Source: Podarcis vaucheri (lineage: Eukaryota). Taken from it: a stretch of 64,000 bases of DNA. The notes beneath the pieces were generated by a model that was not told where the DNA came from, searched no databases, and saw only the letters and a program-made list of their open reading frames with translations. Every line of letters starts with the position of its first letter. Within the stretch, counting starts at the first letter, position 1. The stretch is from the NCBI GenBank assembly GCA_965113315.1, contig OZ220364.1; one strand, given 5' to 3'. Position numbers and translations under genes: made by a program. Below, piece by piece: positions 37,685-51,045 of the stretch.

Positions 37685-37860
37685 GAGAACCAGTGTGGGT
37701 CAGAAGATGGGACTTTGGGCTTAGGTTCAGGAGATGTCAGTTCAAACCAAATGTGTACACCACACCACCCCAAAACTCCTTGGATAGCCTATCACTGAGC
37801 TGAATTCACTATCTGTACAAGATAATAAGAGTGACTTGTCATACATGGTTGATGAAAAAT
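37685..37860 (+). mobile_element. CORE-SINE remnant, very degenerate
   Basis: GAGAACCAGTGTGG head, GGAGATGTCAGTTCAAACC B-box-like. Confidence 0.4.
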
Positions 37861-38880
37861 GTCTGAAAACTGTAGCATGCTAAATAAATGATTGATCACC
37901 CTGGTAGATATTGGGGTGAAAAGAGACAATCAACTCAGATAAGTAGCTATTTCCCATTCCAGTCTTTTGCAAGGACAAGAGCAAGCACATGCCTCTACTC
38001 CCTGCCCACATTATTGCAGGAATTTATCGCCCAATCAGAATTTTGGCATCTGCATATTTAATTTAATACATGTAGACCATAGCTGGATCCCCGGTGATGA
38101 CAAAAGTGGAGACAACAACATGGTGGTAAGGCTCTCCCTTCTATGTAATAGGCCAGGTCAGGTGGCAGATATTATCCAACCTCGCCCAATTGTGGCAGAA
38201 ATGGTTTCATAACTCATTTGTTTTCAGGACACAAAATGTATTTGCCTGTATATTAAGATGAGTACAGCATCTCACCACTATGCCTACATCTGCAAGTACA
38301 ATGTCTTGTGCAGGCAAAAGGACACTGGCAGGTCCACTCTGCCAGTATACATGTCATTCCTTCATTATTCAGGCTCGTGTGATTTCTGCATGTAGAAGGC
38401 AGACCTGATTCTGCTCTTGTTTTCTATTGATTTCAGAACTCCAAAGGCTGTTACACATCCAAAAGAGGTATTTCACTAGTGTAACATCCATACCCCCTTA
38501 CCCCAGGGAAAAGAGGATCACCAGACCGGGGGGTGGGGTGCTATGTGCATAAAATACTTATTCAACCTAGAAAGTACAGCATATTTTTATTTTAAATCCT
38601 TCCAATACTAGAAAAGGAACAGGACAGCTTGGATGGACAAATAAACGCAAGTCTTCGCAGTATGTAAACACGTTAGCATAAGACTTGAAATTTCAACAGG
38701 TAATGTATTTGTTCATTATGCAGCTTTGTAGAAAACTGCAGTCCCTCCCCCCACCCCCAGGAGTGCTCCTATATGGGCTACTATTCATTTTCCTATGTTT
38801 AGCCAAGTCTTTCCAAGATGCTTATTGTGAATGGGGACATGATATAGAAGATGCAAGTTTTTTAAATGCTCATTAAAATA

Positions 38881-39122
38881 CAGTGGTACCTCGGATTAAG
38901 TACTTAATTCGTTCCAGAGTTCCGTTCTTAACCTGAAACTGTTGTTAGCCTGAAGCACCACTTTAGCTAATGGGGCCTCCTGCTGCTGCCGTGCTGCAGG
39001 AACAAGATTTCTGTTCTTATCCTGAAGCAAAGTTCTTAACCTGAAGCACTATTTCTGGGTTAGCGGAGTCTGTAACCTGAAGCGTATGTAACCTGAAGTG
39101 TATGTAACCCGAGGTACCACTG
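38881..39122. mobile_element. Tigger/pogo-like (Tc1/mariner) MITE, 242 bp
   Basis: TIRs CAGTGGTACCTCGG / CCGAGGTACCACTG, TA TSD on both sides, internal TAACCTGAAG repeats. Confidence 0.9.
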
Positions 39123-39277
39123 TACAGTGTATTTTAGGCCCACCTTCACAGAAACCGCAAAAGCTTACAACAGAAGATCTTAGAACAATTCCAAAAACAT
39201 GCTGCAGAACCTTTAATCCTGTGTTGACATTTTAATCTTATATTGACCCTTTGAACACTATTGGGTCATTGAGGTGC

Positions 39278-39320
39278 AGTCTATGTGGGGCTGCCCTTAA
39301 AGAAGACCTGGAAACTTCAA
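39278..39320 (+). mobile_element. Short L2 ORF2 fragment
   Basis: Translates VYVGLPLKKTWKLQ, resembling the L2 motif LYxGLPLKxxxKLQ. Confidence 0.6.
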
Positions 39321-41066
39321 TGAGTTTCTCATGTCTGCTTTACAAGGCATGGAAGCAACCAGAGACAGCACTCGTGCTCCCACAAGAACTTCTAGTGGGG
39401 GTCTTTATCAAGGTGTCTTCAACTGATGTTACAGGTCATGAGGAGTCTTATCAGTAGTGAAGCCCAACTTTTTAAAGTGTGTTTAATAGTAGAAAGAACC
39501 CCCAAAATGGAAAGTTTACTCTGCTTCATGCATTTTCCTTGTAGTCATCTGCCAGTCAAAACTCAGCAATAATAGCAAAGAGAAGACTATTAGAAAAGTA
39601 TACTGACCACTTTTGAACAAAGTGAGGTTGCCCCTGTATGTCTAGCAATAGAGCCGTGCACTGTGCATAAATAAGACAAACACTCTACTTGGCAGTTGCA
39701 CTGAAAAGCTTTGTCTCATACTTGGTCGTGTTTCATGGAATGCCGGGGAGGAAAAGAACCAGAAGCAACATGAGAAATCATTTTTGTGTACATAAGCTGC
39801 ATTTTTCCAAAAGGTACATTCATTTATCAGCTTTCCTGAATGCATAATTGACACTATACTCTGGGTCCAAAACTATTTCGCAGAATAACCTAAAATACAC
39901 CGAGGCCATACCTTAAGGCTGGACTTATCTATTTCCAATATCGGCAGAATGTTTGAAAGAGAACTATCGATTGCAAAGTGATGGGAAACTATGGGACAAA
40001 GATACACTCGTTGAGCAATAAGCTGGAAGACTAGACCACTTCGATACTGTTTGAAGACACAGTTAATTACTGTATGAATGCAACAAGAAGACGCTAACAA
40101 ATCATATAAACAAATGCATCAGTGTATTTGTGGCTGGTGTGCACAGCAATTCTCTGCCAAGGTCGCCATTCTAGAATCCAACAAGTATGGAGGAAGGGGA
40201 GGGCTGTTGTGTAGATGGTGAAGGTAAAATTTCCTACAGTGGAAGAGAAAGGGCTGCTTCCTCTCCCTTTATAAACAAAAATAATGCTTACTATCTGGAA
40301 GAGAAACTTCACCTTTCTAGCACTAGTTATTCAAATGCATCCAGAGTTTTATTAACAGAACCAACCACATTTCTTTTTAATAAAAACTTGCTCAGTTCTT
40401 GGCTTTAAAGGGGTTGAAATGTACTTCTTAATAGCTCAAACTGCAAAAAGAGTACTTGGGAGTTAAGCTGGTAGCCCCACTTACGGTACTGGTAGCACTA
40501 AATAAATCTAAATGCAGGTGCTCCAGATCAATCTAAAACCCACATACTCCAGAAATCAATGCTATATGTACAGTTGCAATATCCTCTGGATGTGATGATG
40601 ACCCACCCACTGTAGATTATTTTTCAGCAGAATGGTGTACAATTTTCAGTATTGTTTTAGCAAAATTGTCTATTAGGGATTTTAGTTTTTATTTTAGAGG
40701 CTGAAGGAAAGACTGAAAGAAAATAAAGTTGGGTCTCCCCCCCCCCGCCACCCCTGTTTCTTTGGTCTTCAAGATTCTGTTTACACAATGTGTAAATGAC
40801 AATTTACAAAATAAGCATAAAAGTAAGGGGAAATGCAGTTTGACAAAAATGGACTAGGAAAAAAGCCCTTAGGAGGCCAAATATTGAATAAAGGGGTATC
40901 TGTAATTAAACATGAATTCACTGTGGTGATTTCTTATCATCTTAAAAATAAAGAGATCCATTCACTACATTGCACAGACTCATTGACTCCTTTAGGGTTT
41001 ACAGTGTATTTATCACTTCATGAAATTTTGACTCTGACAGTGGAGCAAAGACTAATATGACGCACA

Positions 41067-41248
41067 CTGTGCACACACAGTACATTTAAAGCACAGCCAC
41101 AACCCTGGAGTACTGCTGGGAACTGTAGTTTGTTAGGGATGCGGGAAAAGGTAGGTCTGTGGCAGGTAAAGCTCAGTTTCCAGGATTCTAGGCTGTGCGT
41201 GCACACCTGCATGCATGTGTGCGCTTTAAATGTATGGCATGTACACAG
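41067..41248. mobile_element. Palindromic MITE (TACATTTAAAGCAC…GCTTTAAATGTA family)
   Basis: Inverted termini and internal GGGAACTGTAGTTTGTTA. Related copies at 59062-59215, 59637-59775 and ~5524-5815. Confidence 0.7.
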
Positions 41249-42143
41249 CACCAATTTCAGTGAGGGGGAAATCTAAGACATGAATGGTAAAGTTCTGCAG
41301 AAGGGTGGGAAACTTGGGGGTTGTGAGTCCTCAGAGACAAAATGCTCACCCAAAGGTCTCACACTATCTCCCACAAGGCCCAAACTGTCTCTCAGGGAGA
41401 TTGAGTTTGTGCACTCAAAGGGAAGTTTCAAACTTACAGGATAATCTCTAAGCCATTTAATATTTTCTGTACTACATGCTATCCAGAACAGGACAATAAT
41501 GATGCATTTGAACTGCTGCCATTCTCTCCCAGAATCCAAAATCTAATTGATCACTTGGCTGTTAGAATTAATGCCCTCACACATTGTATAAAATGATATC
41601 CCATGGATATGCCCAGTTTCTTTTGACACCCAACTGAAATATCAAAGAAGAACATCCTTTTTTTCTAAAAAAGCTTTTAGTCATACCATAAACTATAAAA
41701 AGGACATGCCTCTCCCCTACCCCAAGGGGTCTTCCTACCCCAAGTCACAGACGGATTCAGAGGGAACGTTCCAACATCACAACGTGGTTTATTGTTATGT
41801 GAATGAGTCACAATGAGTGCTGGGCCTATACGCTGCTCTTTCTTTTCCGCCAATCATAATCATTTACATCCATTTATTATTAACTGCAGCCTGCTACTTG
41901 AACTGAACCTGAGATGATAAACTATGGTTTATTTTCACCACGGTTTGTTTGAAGCAAGCCAGCTTCAAAGCAACTATGAGTTTGATGCTGGCTTGTAGCA
42001 CTAATCTCAACTAGGTTCATCAGCTTTGAATGAAATGACAGGCCTCTTTATTATGAATAATTATTATCCCAACTGAAGCAGTTCAGAGTCCCATTACGAC
42101 CGTGGGTTTAAGTTGTACTTTCTGTGCTCAGATATCCTCTATA

Positions 42144-42388
42144 CAGTCACACTTCGGGTTGCAAATGTGATCCGTGCGGGAGGCAAGTTCGCAACCCGCA
42201 GCGCCGCGTCTGCACATGCGTGTGATGTGATTTGGCACTTCTGCACATGTGCAAAGCACGAGTTAGCACTTCTGCACATGCACGAACGCCGAAACACGGA
42301 AGTAACCTGTTCTGGTACTTCTGGGTATGGCGTGGTCCATAACCCGAAAATGCGCAACCCACAGTGTTCGCAACCTGAGGTATGACTG
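42144..42388. mobile_element. Tigger/pogo-like MITE, 245 bp
   Basis: TIRs CAGTCACACTTCGGGTTGC / GCAACCTGAGGTATGACTG, TA TSD, internal CACTTCTGCACATG repeats. Confidence 0.85.
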
Positions 42389-44282
42389 TAATCATATAAA
42401 AAAAAATTATGGGCTGAATTTAGCCAACCTATATCACAACAGGGTTTTCACCCCCTCTCCTACTAACCACATGCTCCCTGTGCCTCCCCAAATCTGTTCT
42501 GGGTCAAGAGAAGCCCCAAACACCACATAGGGTGAGGAGGGGGAGATCATTCCACTGAGGGGAGATCATTCCACATGCTATGTTGAATTCCACCTAGGTT
42601 CCTAGGTTCATTTCACATGTCACACTTTAGTGTGCCAAAGGGAAAACCCAAGATGAGATTATGAAGATGAAAGGATGGATTGTCATGCTGACAGACACGT
42701 GTATATTTATGATGGACGGGACATTGGCTCATGCTGGGCACCCTGGCATTTTCACCAAGGGCAATTCTTAAATAATTATTGTGAAATTTCGACCTCTGAA
42801 GCTGTTATCTACTCATGATGAAGTACTCTCTTTTTGGCAAGTAAAAACTCTCACTCTGATTCTTCAGATACTGGTTCTGCTCTTGACAGCACATTTGAGT
42901 CTTCATCCCACCAAACACAACCCCTGCACATCTCCCAGTTGGTTCTGGATGAAGAAGAGCCATACCATTTACCAACTACAGGCATACATTGCTAGGTACT
43001 TTCTCATACCATCACCATCATGCCACATATAAACGAAGGATGCACAAGCATCCCACTGCTCACCCTTGAAAGTGTTTGAGCCATTGTGAGCATTCACTGC
43101 AAATGCTCACAAAAGCTTAAGAGTAGACTCCCCGTCTCTGCTGCTGCCCCCATCTCTCCCTTCCCTACCTGCCTAGGGGAAGGTGACAAAGGCAGACACA
43201 CCTCCAGGCTCTAGTGAAGTGACTTTTCCTGTGTGGTACTAGGACTCCAAGACCCATCATCCTTTTAGGGGAAAGGATGCTCCATTCATAATTATAACAA
43301 AAAAGGTCCCAGATTGCTTCCTCTGGAACCTGCTATCAAATGTACAAAGGATTCTGAGACCCAGGTCCCTGCAAAAAAAGAAAGACCTTTCAACAGAGCT
43401 GGAATCGCCAACACCACCAACTTTTCCTGAGGGAAGTTTCTGGCAGATCAAGACCAGCACAGGCTGTGAGTTTTCAGGATAGTTAGCTAATTCTGAGAGT
43501 ATGCAGACATTACCTCTCCAAGGAACATCAGGTTTTTGAAGGCGAAAGGAGAGATCTTGAACAAAAAGAATTATAATACCAAACTACTACAATTTCCAGC
43601 ACTCTTTGAAGAGAGTACTGGCAGTTAAAGTGGTATAAAATTGATACAAGCATGTAGTTTGATTATGTTTCCATGTACTCAATATGAAGTCCAGGGGTAT
43701 CTCAAGCTTGCTCAAGGTTCAACAGCCTGAATCCACTGTATAAAATGGCAAGCACCATGATTTCACTAGCAAAGCATAAAATCCTTGTTGCAAACTAACT
43801 ACAAATGCCAATTTATTGACATGACTAATATTGCAACAGAGGTTTCCCCAAACTATTCCACTGTGACAGTTTAAAAATCCTTTGAATACCTTTCTTCATG
43901 CTTCATTTTAAAACATTTCATGGCAAATAATTTTCCTAAAAGGTAATCTTTTTAAGAAACACAGTTTTTTGCTATCTTTTTAAAGAAAAACAGAGCACTC
44001 TTTAAGGGAGGGGGCAGAGGAAATTGTTTTGTTGTCAAGAAAACACATCTAACATAAAATGGTGAGGATGCCAGGTGATGAGATTATTTGGCAGAATCTT
44101 AGAATGTTTGTCATTTCGGGGGGAAAGAAAGTATTTATGCTAAGGTACAGAAATAAACCTCCCAATGTTTCAGTCACTTTAGGTGATTAAAGCAAGCCTT
44201 TAGTTCAGGGTGTTTTGCTCTGCTCTTTAGATGTAGTTTACAATATTCTTACAATGCAATTTGTCTCCTCCCTTAAACAACC

Positions 44283-44283
<1 letters not shown>

Positions 44284-44319
<36 letters not shown>
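44284..44319. repeat. (AC)18 microsatellite
   Basis: Direct reading. Confidence 0.95.
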
Positions 44320-44322
<3 letters not shown>

Positions 44323-45672
44323 GCCAATTGCTTATGGGAAAGTGTATACCGTTCTTTACAACTTAGGGATCCTTCTTCTGCAGTCTGTGAACATATTTAT
44401 CATCTTAATTGAAAACATCTTCAAATGCTCAGAAAACAGGTTAAAAATAATTTAAAAAGAGCTTTGGAAAAGAGATAGAAAGTTTATTTTCCCGAAAGAA
44501 ACACTATCAGCATTAGAGCCTTCCAAATTTATGCACAATCATGCTTTCTTGATTTTTGACCCTCTCTGCTTATTGCATTATTCTAGCCATTTTGAACCAT
44601 TTACAAAAGCCCATTTCCTACAAAGTGAGTTTGGATCTCCTCTCTCCCCTCCCCCCATCCTTTTATAAAGACATTGATGTGTTTTTTCTGACATGCCTCA
44701 TGAGTTCCGTCAATCACAGGTCCTTCTTAATGGATACCACATGTCTGCCCAGAACGGTGTAATTACAATGCTAGGATTCTTGGCACTGCCAGGAAAGGGG
44801 GCACTGTCAACCCAATTAGAGTTTATTTATTTACATACCATTTCTGGATGAGAATTTCTGTCTTTTATGCTGATGCCGTGAAAATATCTCTCTCATCAAG
44901 TAGCTGTAATTTTGCCTGGAAAAGGTTGTTGTTGGGGTTTTAAAACTGTTTTGGAGCTCTTATATTTCTTGTTTTCAGTTAGTTTGCACATAAGGAAACT
45001 TTCCCATAAACAAAACATCTGGGAACAGCATCATGAAATGAATCGGTCCGACTTTCATTTGTGCTTTCAGATGAGGGAAGAGATTTGGGGTGGCTGATTC
45101 TCTGAACTCTATATAGTCATTATTTCCATCTCACTAGGGTGCCTCCCAAGCAGAGTTTACCTTATTTTTAAAAAGCCAGTCAGATGGACTTGGTCTGCCT
45201 GCATTTGCTTATGCTAGAAATGTCCCACATGAATCTGTGTTATTATACCCACACTACTAGGCTTAAAGACAGTGATCTTAGAAGTCTACCCTTGTAAATA
45301 AGAACCCACATGAAGCAAATGGGTCCTCCATGTTCCCCTGTATGAAATATATATATATTTGAGCAAGAATTATTAGTTTGCTACATGAAACAAATCAGAA
45401 TTATTCAGGAGTAAACTGAGCAACTAACTAGGAAGATTTATTTATTATCAGTCAATGGTTAATGGGATTAACAATTGGGGGTTGTTAATAATGGGGTTGT
45501 TAATCCCATTAACAGTAAGACCGCCATCCTAACCCCACGTACATGGGAGGAAGCATCATTGAATTCAATATTCAATTCAATAGTACTTACTTGTGTATGG
45601 TTAGGATTGCATTCTAAGTCTGCAGCGGTACTTACTCTGCAGTAACTCTGTAAAGGATTACAGGATTCAGTT

Positions 45673-45870
45673 CAGTGCTGGATTAAACCCTGTGGAGGAC
45701 CCTAGGCAGTCAAAATCTTGGGGGGGGGATTGTCACAAATTATCTCCTAATACAATGTTGCAATTTTATTTCAATATCAAATCAATATTATTTTGATCTG
45801 TTGTCACAGGGGCCCCAAAAGACGTGGGGACCATAGGCCTGTGCCCCTACTCTGTCTATTTGGTACACTG
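45673..45870. mobile_element. Probable hAT MITE
   Basis: CAGTG…CACTG termini, TSD ATTCAGTT/ATTTGGTT (6/8). Confidence 0.6.
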
Positions 45871-48544
45871 ATTTGGTTCTAAACAAGATCTACCAGAGCC
45901 CAGTCTAGTACATTGCACAGGACTAGGCTGATAGCCTGCTTTATGTTTATTATTGGGTCACTGTTGGGTTGGATTGTTTTAGCATCGTTTTCATGTCAGA
46001 ACGCCTGAGACAGCATTTCACTCATATATACAAAGGCCAAGTATCATCTACATTGTGCGTAGGATCTTTTCGCAAACCTTGCATGGTGCCATCAGCAGGT
46101 TACTTCTGACAAGACAGCAGTTGTGGTCCGAGCAACTGTGTGCCAAATACCTTTCAGAGAACCAAGAGATATGCCACAGAGAAAAACTGGTAGGTGTGTG
46201 TCTTGCATGTATTGGTGCAAGAAGAAGAAAGGCAGGAGGAAAAGACAAGGGAGACCTGCCTTCCACCTGCACTGAAACGAAACCTTCATGTGAAAAGGAT
46301 AGTCTGAACTCCCTTCACTCTCCACTGCAGTGCCCATTCTTTTAACAAACAATGCTTCTCACAGACACTGCTCTTCCCACAGACAAACTGCTGTCTTCTT
46401 GAGAGAGGGAAAAGTTACGGGGATACCTATAGCTGGGGCCAATGTTGTTTTCTCATATAAATGCTCCAATAAAAGACAGCTTTCTGATTTAAATCGTCCC
46501 CTCTGTGACTAAAATATTAATTACAACACCCAGGATATTCTGGTTGTTGTTCATTGTGTCACTATTCCTCTCGTTACACAGTGTGAGGTGATGGAATGAT
46601 GTGGCAGAATTCTGGACACTTATCACTTCAGACTGTAGGTTGGGAGGGTCATATGTTGGACTGCTTTCCCACATTTAAAAGTAGCCTGCAGGTAATAAGC
46701 GAACACCTTAGCAAATGGACTAGACATCCTCCCAAATGTGCTATTGGTTGGTACAGGTGTGTGGTCCTAAAAACATCCCTACAATTAAATATGGTTTCTA
46801 CTTAGCTGCAATGTTTTGGATACCAACCTCCAAAGGCCCTTTTTTTTTTGGCCAGAAAACAGGTACAAATGCAAATAACAAGCAAACTACACACAGGGAC
46901 TTAACAGAAGGAAGACTATGAGTGAGGTCCAACTCTCTTAGCATTGGCATCAACATTCCCTCAGGACTGGGGTGAAAGAAAATACTTTTGTGCATTCCAT
47001 GCTTTAACTTGCTTAGCGCTTTTAAAAAAAATGAAAGCAAATTAGTGCTAAAAGTTCTAAAGCAACAAAGCATATTTCTAGATTTATTGCACAGTCTTCT
47101 TTGTAGTTCCATCCCAAAGCAGTAAGCCTTTTGCCAGACTGAAAAAAGAGCTATAAACAGCCATGCCCTAGCTGAAAAAAGCAATATGTCGTCAGTCTGA
47201 CATATACCTCGCTTTTCCGCTCATTGTCAGTGCTGTGATTGATGGTGTTGTTCATTAATGTGGGACGATTGTCAGCTTTTCCTGGATAAATATAAAAAGA
47301 AACAAAGAAATCCCCACCCTTTTTGAGCCAGGGTGAAATATTTCCTATTTTCTTCTGCTGGATACGAGGCATGCACAATGGTACAGCCACTCCCCCACAA
47401 ACACACTCACCCATTTTTACTGCAGAATCAAGAAACTGGGTGGCAAAAAGAAAAAGAAAAACCCTATCCTTCTCTTTTATGACAGTTGTTGGGGGGAAAA
47501 GAAAGTTGTCGTTTGGGAATGCTTCCTCCCACCCGGTCACACACACCACCAGGATGTTAAACTAAGATAGGATAATGTATTCATCGCTCAAAGACATACA
47601 CCAGAATGGACCAGAAACCAGAGACAAAGTTGCTCTTCATATGTTGCATGGGAATAATATACTCTCATGTTATTTTTGTGTACATGACAAATGCCAGAAA
47701 TTTAGTGGTCATGGTGCACTTCTGCTACAATAGAGTCTTCTGGCGTAGTTACAGCAGCTCTGAAAAATATTAATGCAGTCATAGACACCTTTGGTCTTCA
47801 GTGTTTTCTTACACCCATTTTTTACACTACAGCACACCAGGACATCATCACAGTCCATCAGATTGCAAAAAACATGCCAGTGAAAGCCCCAGGCAAAAAC
47901 TAATACTCTCAAGATCCTACCAATATTCAAGATGCACAAATGGGTCCAGCCCAGAATATTTTGCTGCCTGAGGTGGAGCAGCAAATGAGGTCCCTTACAA
48001 GTCAGGAGACGGAGAAACTAAAATCAGTCAAGTTGTTTCACCATCTGGAGGCAGTAGCCAATAGTGTTGCTCAGATGATTAAGAGTTCTGTAAGCAGAAT
48101 GGGGACATGGGTTTTTCATCAGTTTCATCCCCCTGCAGCTCCAGTGCCCCCCTAAATCTGCTTTGGAGAGTCCCCTAACCCTCTGGAGCAGATTTTGGGG
48201 AATTTGGTGGAATCCCAGTGGAGAGGGTGACTCACCCAAAATTGCTTCCCTTTCCATTCTGCTGACAAAAGCCTTATTGTCACCTGAGTGAAACCACTGG
48301 ATACAAACTAATGACCCAAGGCTCAAACAAGACTCAGTCCCACTGGGCTTTTTAGTACCTAGTTTCACTTCTGGAACAAGTGAAGCAATGGCAAACAGTG
48401 CCTCTGAGCATATACAATCACTGGAAAGACAAATACCACACTGTGGTCTGGTAGTTCCTTGCAAAGACTTCACCATGCACCTTGATGGAGGAAGCAGCTA
48501 AACATGCAAAAGGGTGCATGGATCAGGGTATGTTTAGACTTTGC

Positions 48545-48663
48545 GATCCCTGGCATCTCCACGTAGAGCTGGGAAAGTCCCCTGCCAGTCAACGTGTACA
48601 GCACTGACCTAGATGGACCAATCTTCTTACTTGAAAATAAGCCAGCTTCTTAAGTTCCTATGT
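48545..48663 (+). mobile_element. Second, 5'-truncated copy of the same SINE family
   Basis: GATCCCTGGCATCTCC…CTAGATGGACCAA…CAGCTTCTTAAGTTCCTATG. Confidence 0.65.
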
Positions 48664-49399
48664 TTCTAATGGTGATCAGTATGCAAAAAATGACACTATG
48701 GCCAAGATGAAAGGCAGTGATAAGATTTCATTTAGGATCATGGTGTGTTTCCTTTACACTTAATTTAAACACACACAATGTGTTCCAAAGAATGACAAGG
48801 AAAGGAACTGAAACCAGTACTTTTCCACCTCTGTATCTCTGCGGTTCCATTCTGGGTCTCTGAGAACCATCAGTACATTTTAACAGTAGCAATGGTACCC
48901 TTGTGGAGACAGGATGTGTTATTATAGCAAAGAAATAAAATTGACAGGATAAATTTAGTTGTTTTTCTTGACTTCTACTCTAGCTTAGAAGTGGAGGGTA
49001 TGCACAGCCTTACGTTCTTACTGGTTGCTATTTCTTACTGGTTGCTATTTTCACTATTTGCTTGATTATTCCCTGCACTGGCACCCTTACCTTTCTGCTT
49101 GATGTAATCTTTATAATCAGGTCATTGCTTATATTGTTAGGGAAAGGGTCATTGCCCACCATATTTCCATTTTTACATTGCATCAGTGTGGACAGCATAA
49201 AAAAATACAAATATTACAGCATACTTACAGTCAGAAGAAAGAAACCTTTAAAGGGAGAGATCAAGGGTTACACTTCCCAAACCTTCTGGCATCAACAGGT
49301 TAATGACAATAATATTTTTCAGGAGGAATACGTCTCTTGAACTAAACGGTAAATTATTTTGAATACCTCTGTAAAGTACAGGAAATCAAGAACTGTAGG

Positions 49400-49850
49400 A
49401 AACCTGGCATAATGCCACCAATTGAAGATTCAATCTGACTGTAATAGAAGGTGATTATTGAGGACTAGCAGGCAAATGATGGATGGTTTCCTGTTGAAAT
49501 GACAGCTCTGCTGCATATCAGCGGTCCTCCTACAGCACAAACGCACAGATCGGTCTTTGCAGCTTCTTAATTCGTAACGTTGTGGGAAATGGATTTCAGA
49601 CCTGTGACGAAGATTCCAGGCTGACAGGGGCATGTTTCAAGGATCCAGAAGAGGCTTCTAGGGGTAGGAAATCTAATGAAAGCCATGCTTGCTAAATTTT
49701 ACAGCCATTCCTTCCAAAGCAGCAATAACGAAAAATGATCCTGCAGTTGCAGGCTAGTCAAAGCTCTGGTTAACCGCTAGTGGCAGCTTTGTGCAGCCAT
49801 TAGCATTGCAGGTGAAAAAGGGGAAAGTAAGGCAGTGTGTGGAAACATGC
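49400..49850. promoter_or_regulatory. Candidate enhancer with PBX-HOX plus MEIS/PREP motif pair
   Basis: TGATGGATGG at 49477-49486, TGACAG at 49500-49505 and 49622-49627, in non-repetitive CpG-retaining sequence. Confidence 0.4.
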
Positions 49851-50380
49851 TCAACAACAGTTTTTAATAAGTTTCAGTTTTTTCCTGAATTTTCTTGCCA
49901 ACATAAACTCATACTTGACTATGGAACCTCCCCCTTTTAAAAATGTTTATGGCTCATATGGTAACTGAGAAACTCTCAACAAAAGGAAATGTGGGTAATG
50001 TCAAATCCATTGCTTTTCAACTTGGTTACAAATTATCTGGGGTAAGCAGTGAGGTGTCCAGACCTGCTGATCACCCCAAAATTATTTAGGGAGGTTAACA
50101 ACAAAAGGGACAACAAAGTGCATGATTTGTGACTGGAGGTCCTTTAAAAGATACCGAGAAGACAATGTTTTATTTCCCAGAATGGTCATGCAAATTAGAA
50201 TTCTTATGACTACCAAAGTGGCTATTATAAAAAAGGATGCTAAGGTGAGGCTAACAATGCCTTGTGCTTTGTTATGACCTGAAAGTTGGGTGAGGTTTTT
50301 AAAAATGCATTTCAGATAAATTACATGTGGTTTGGTAGCACCAACATTGCCCCCCCCCAAAAAAACAAATAAATAATATG

Positions 50381-50488
50381 TTTTTCTACTCATATTGAAA
50401 TACTGCCCCCTCAATGAGGCCAAACTTAGATTCACAAAATGTTTAGGGGTATGTGTATCCCTGCATCTCCCCCAGAAAAAAAGCACTG
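50381..50488 (-). mobile_element. Truncated copy of the 34635-34778 MITE
   Basis: Reverse complement match (CTACTCATATTGAAATACTG…GATTCACAAAATGTTTAGGGGTATG…AAAAAGCACTG). Confidence 0.85.
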
Positions 50489-51018
50489 GGTAGCACATTC
50501 AACTATATATATTGTTAACTTTAAATGATTATGTGTTAATCAGTAACAATGGCAAATTCCTCCCCCTTTAAGATAGTCACAAGAAGACTTTCTGAATGTT
50601 ATAAAGTAGCAGGAATCAGCCATGTGCTTCAAAGAAGGAAAAGTGCCACACAACACAATCCAGGTCTAGTCCTCTGTGCTGCTACATCTTGTCTAGCGAG
50701 CCACTGGCTCCCCATGGCCTTTAATAATAAATTAGTATAGCTGCATGCTCTGGATTCTGTCAGACCTAGGCTCTGACACAGAGCCAGAGTTCCTGCACAA
50801 AGGGAAGAAATAATCCACAAGAACAGTACATTTATCAGGCCAGTCTGCTTAAAACGTCCCCAGCTGATAACGCCAGCTTTCTCTCGAGTTTAATAACAAA
50901 GCTTCCTTTTACACACGACAGCATATTTTGCTGAGCCAATGCACGTGCAAATACTCTGTATGTTCACATGTTATTAATAAGCATTATGATTGCTACTAAA
51001 TAAGCGCTACTTAAATGT

Positions 51019-51045
51019 GTGGTGGTGGTGGTGGTGGTGGTGGTG
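51019..51045. repeat. (GGT)n microsatellite
   Basis: Direct reading. Confidence 0.9.

Noticed and set aside
39850-40100. CpG-retaining stretch that might be a decayed transposase or exon
   Set aside because: Stops in the frames I checked and no recognisable motif.
45636-45647. 12-nt minus-strand microexon-like site
   Set aside because: Lies in the end of a small hairpin repeat (…ACTTACTC…AGGATT), so probably repeat-derived.
49091-49127. Strong minus-strand donor AAG|gtaagg with 18- or 37-nt upstream segment
   Set aside because: The acceptors are AAG with poor adjacent pyrimidine tracts.
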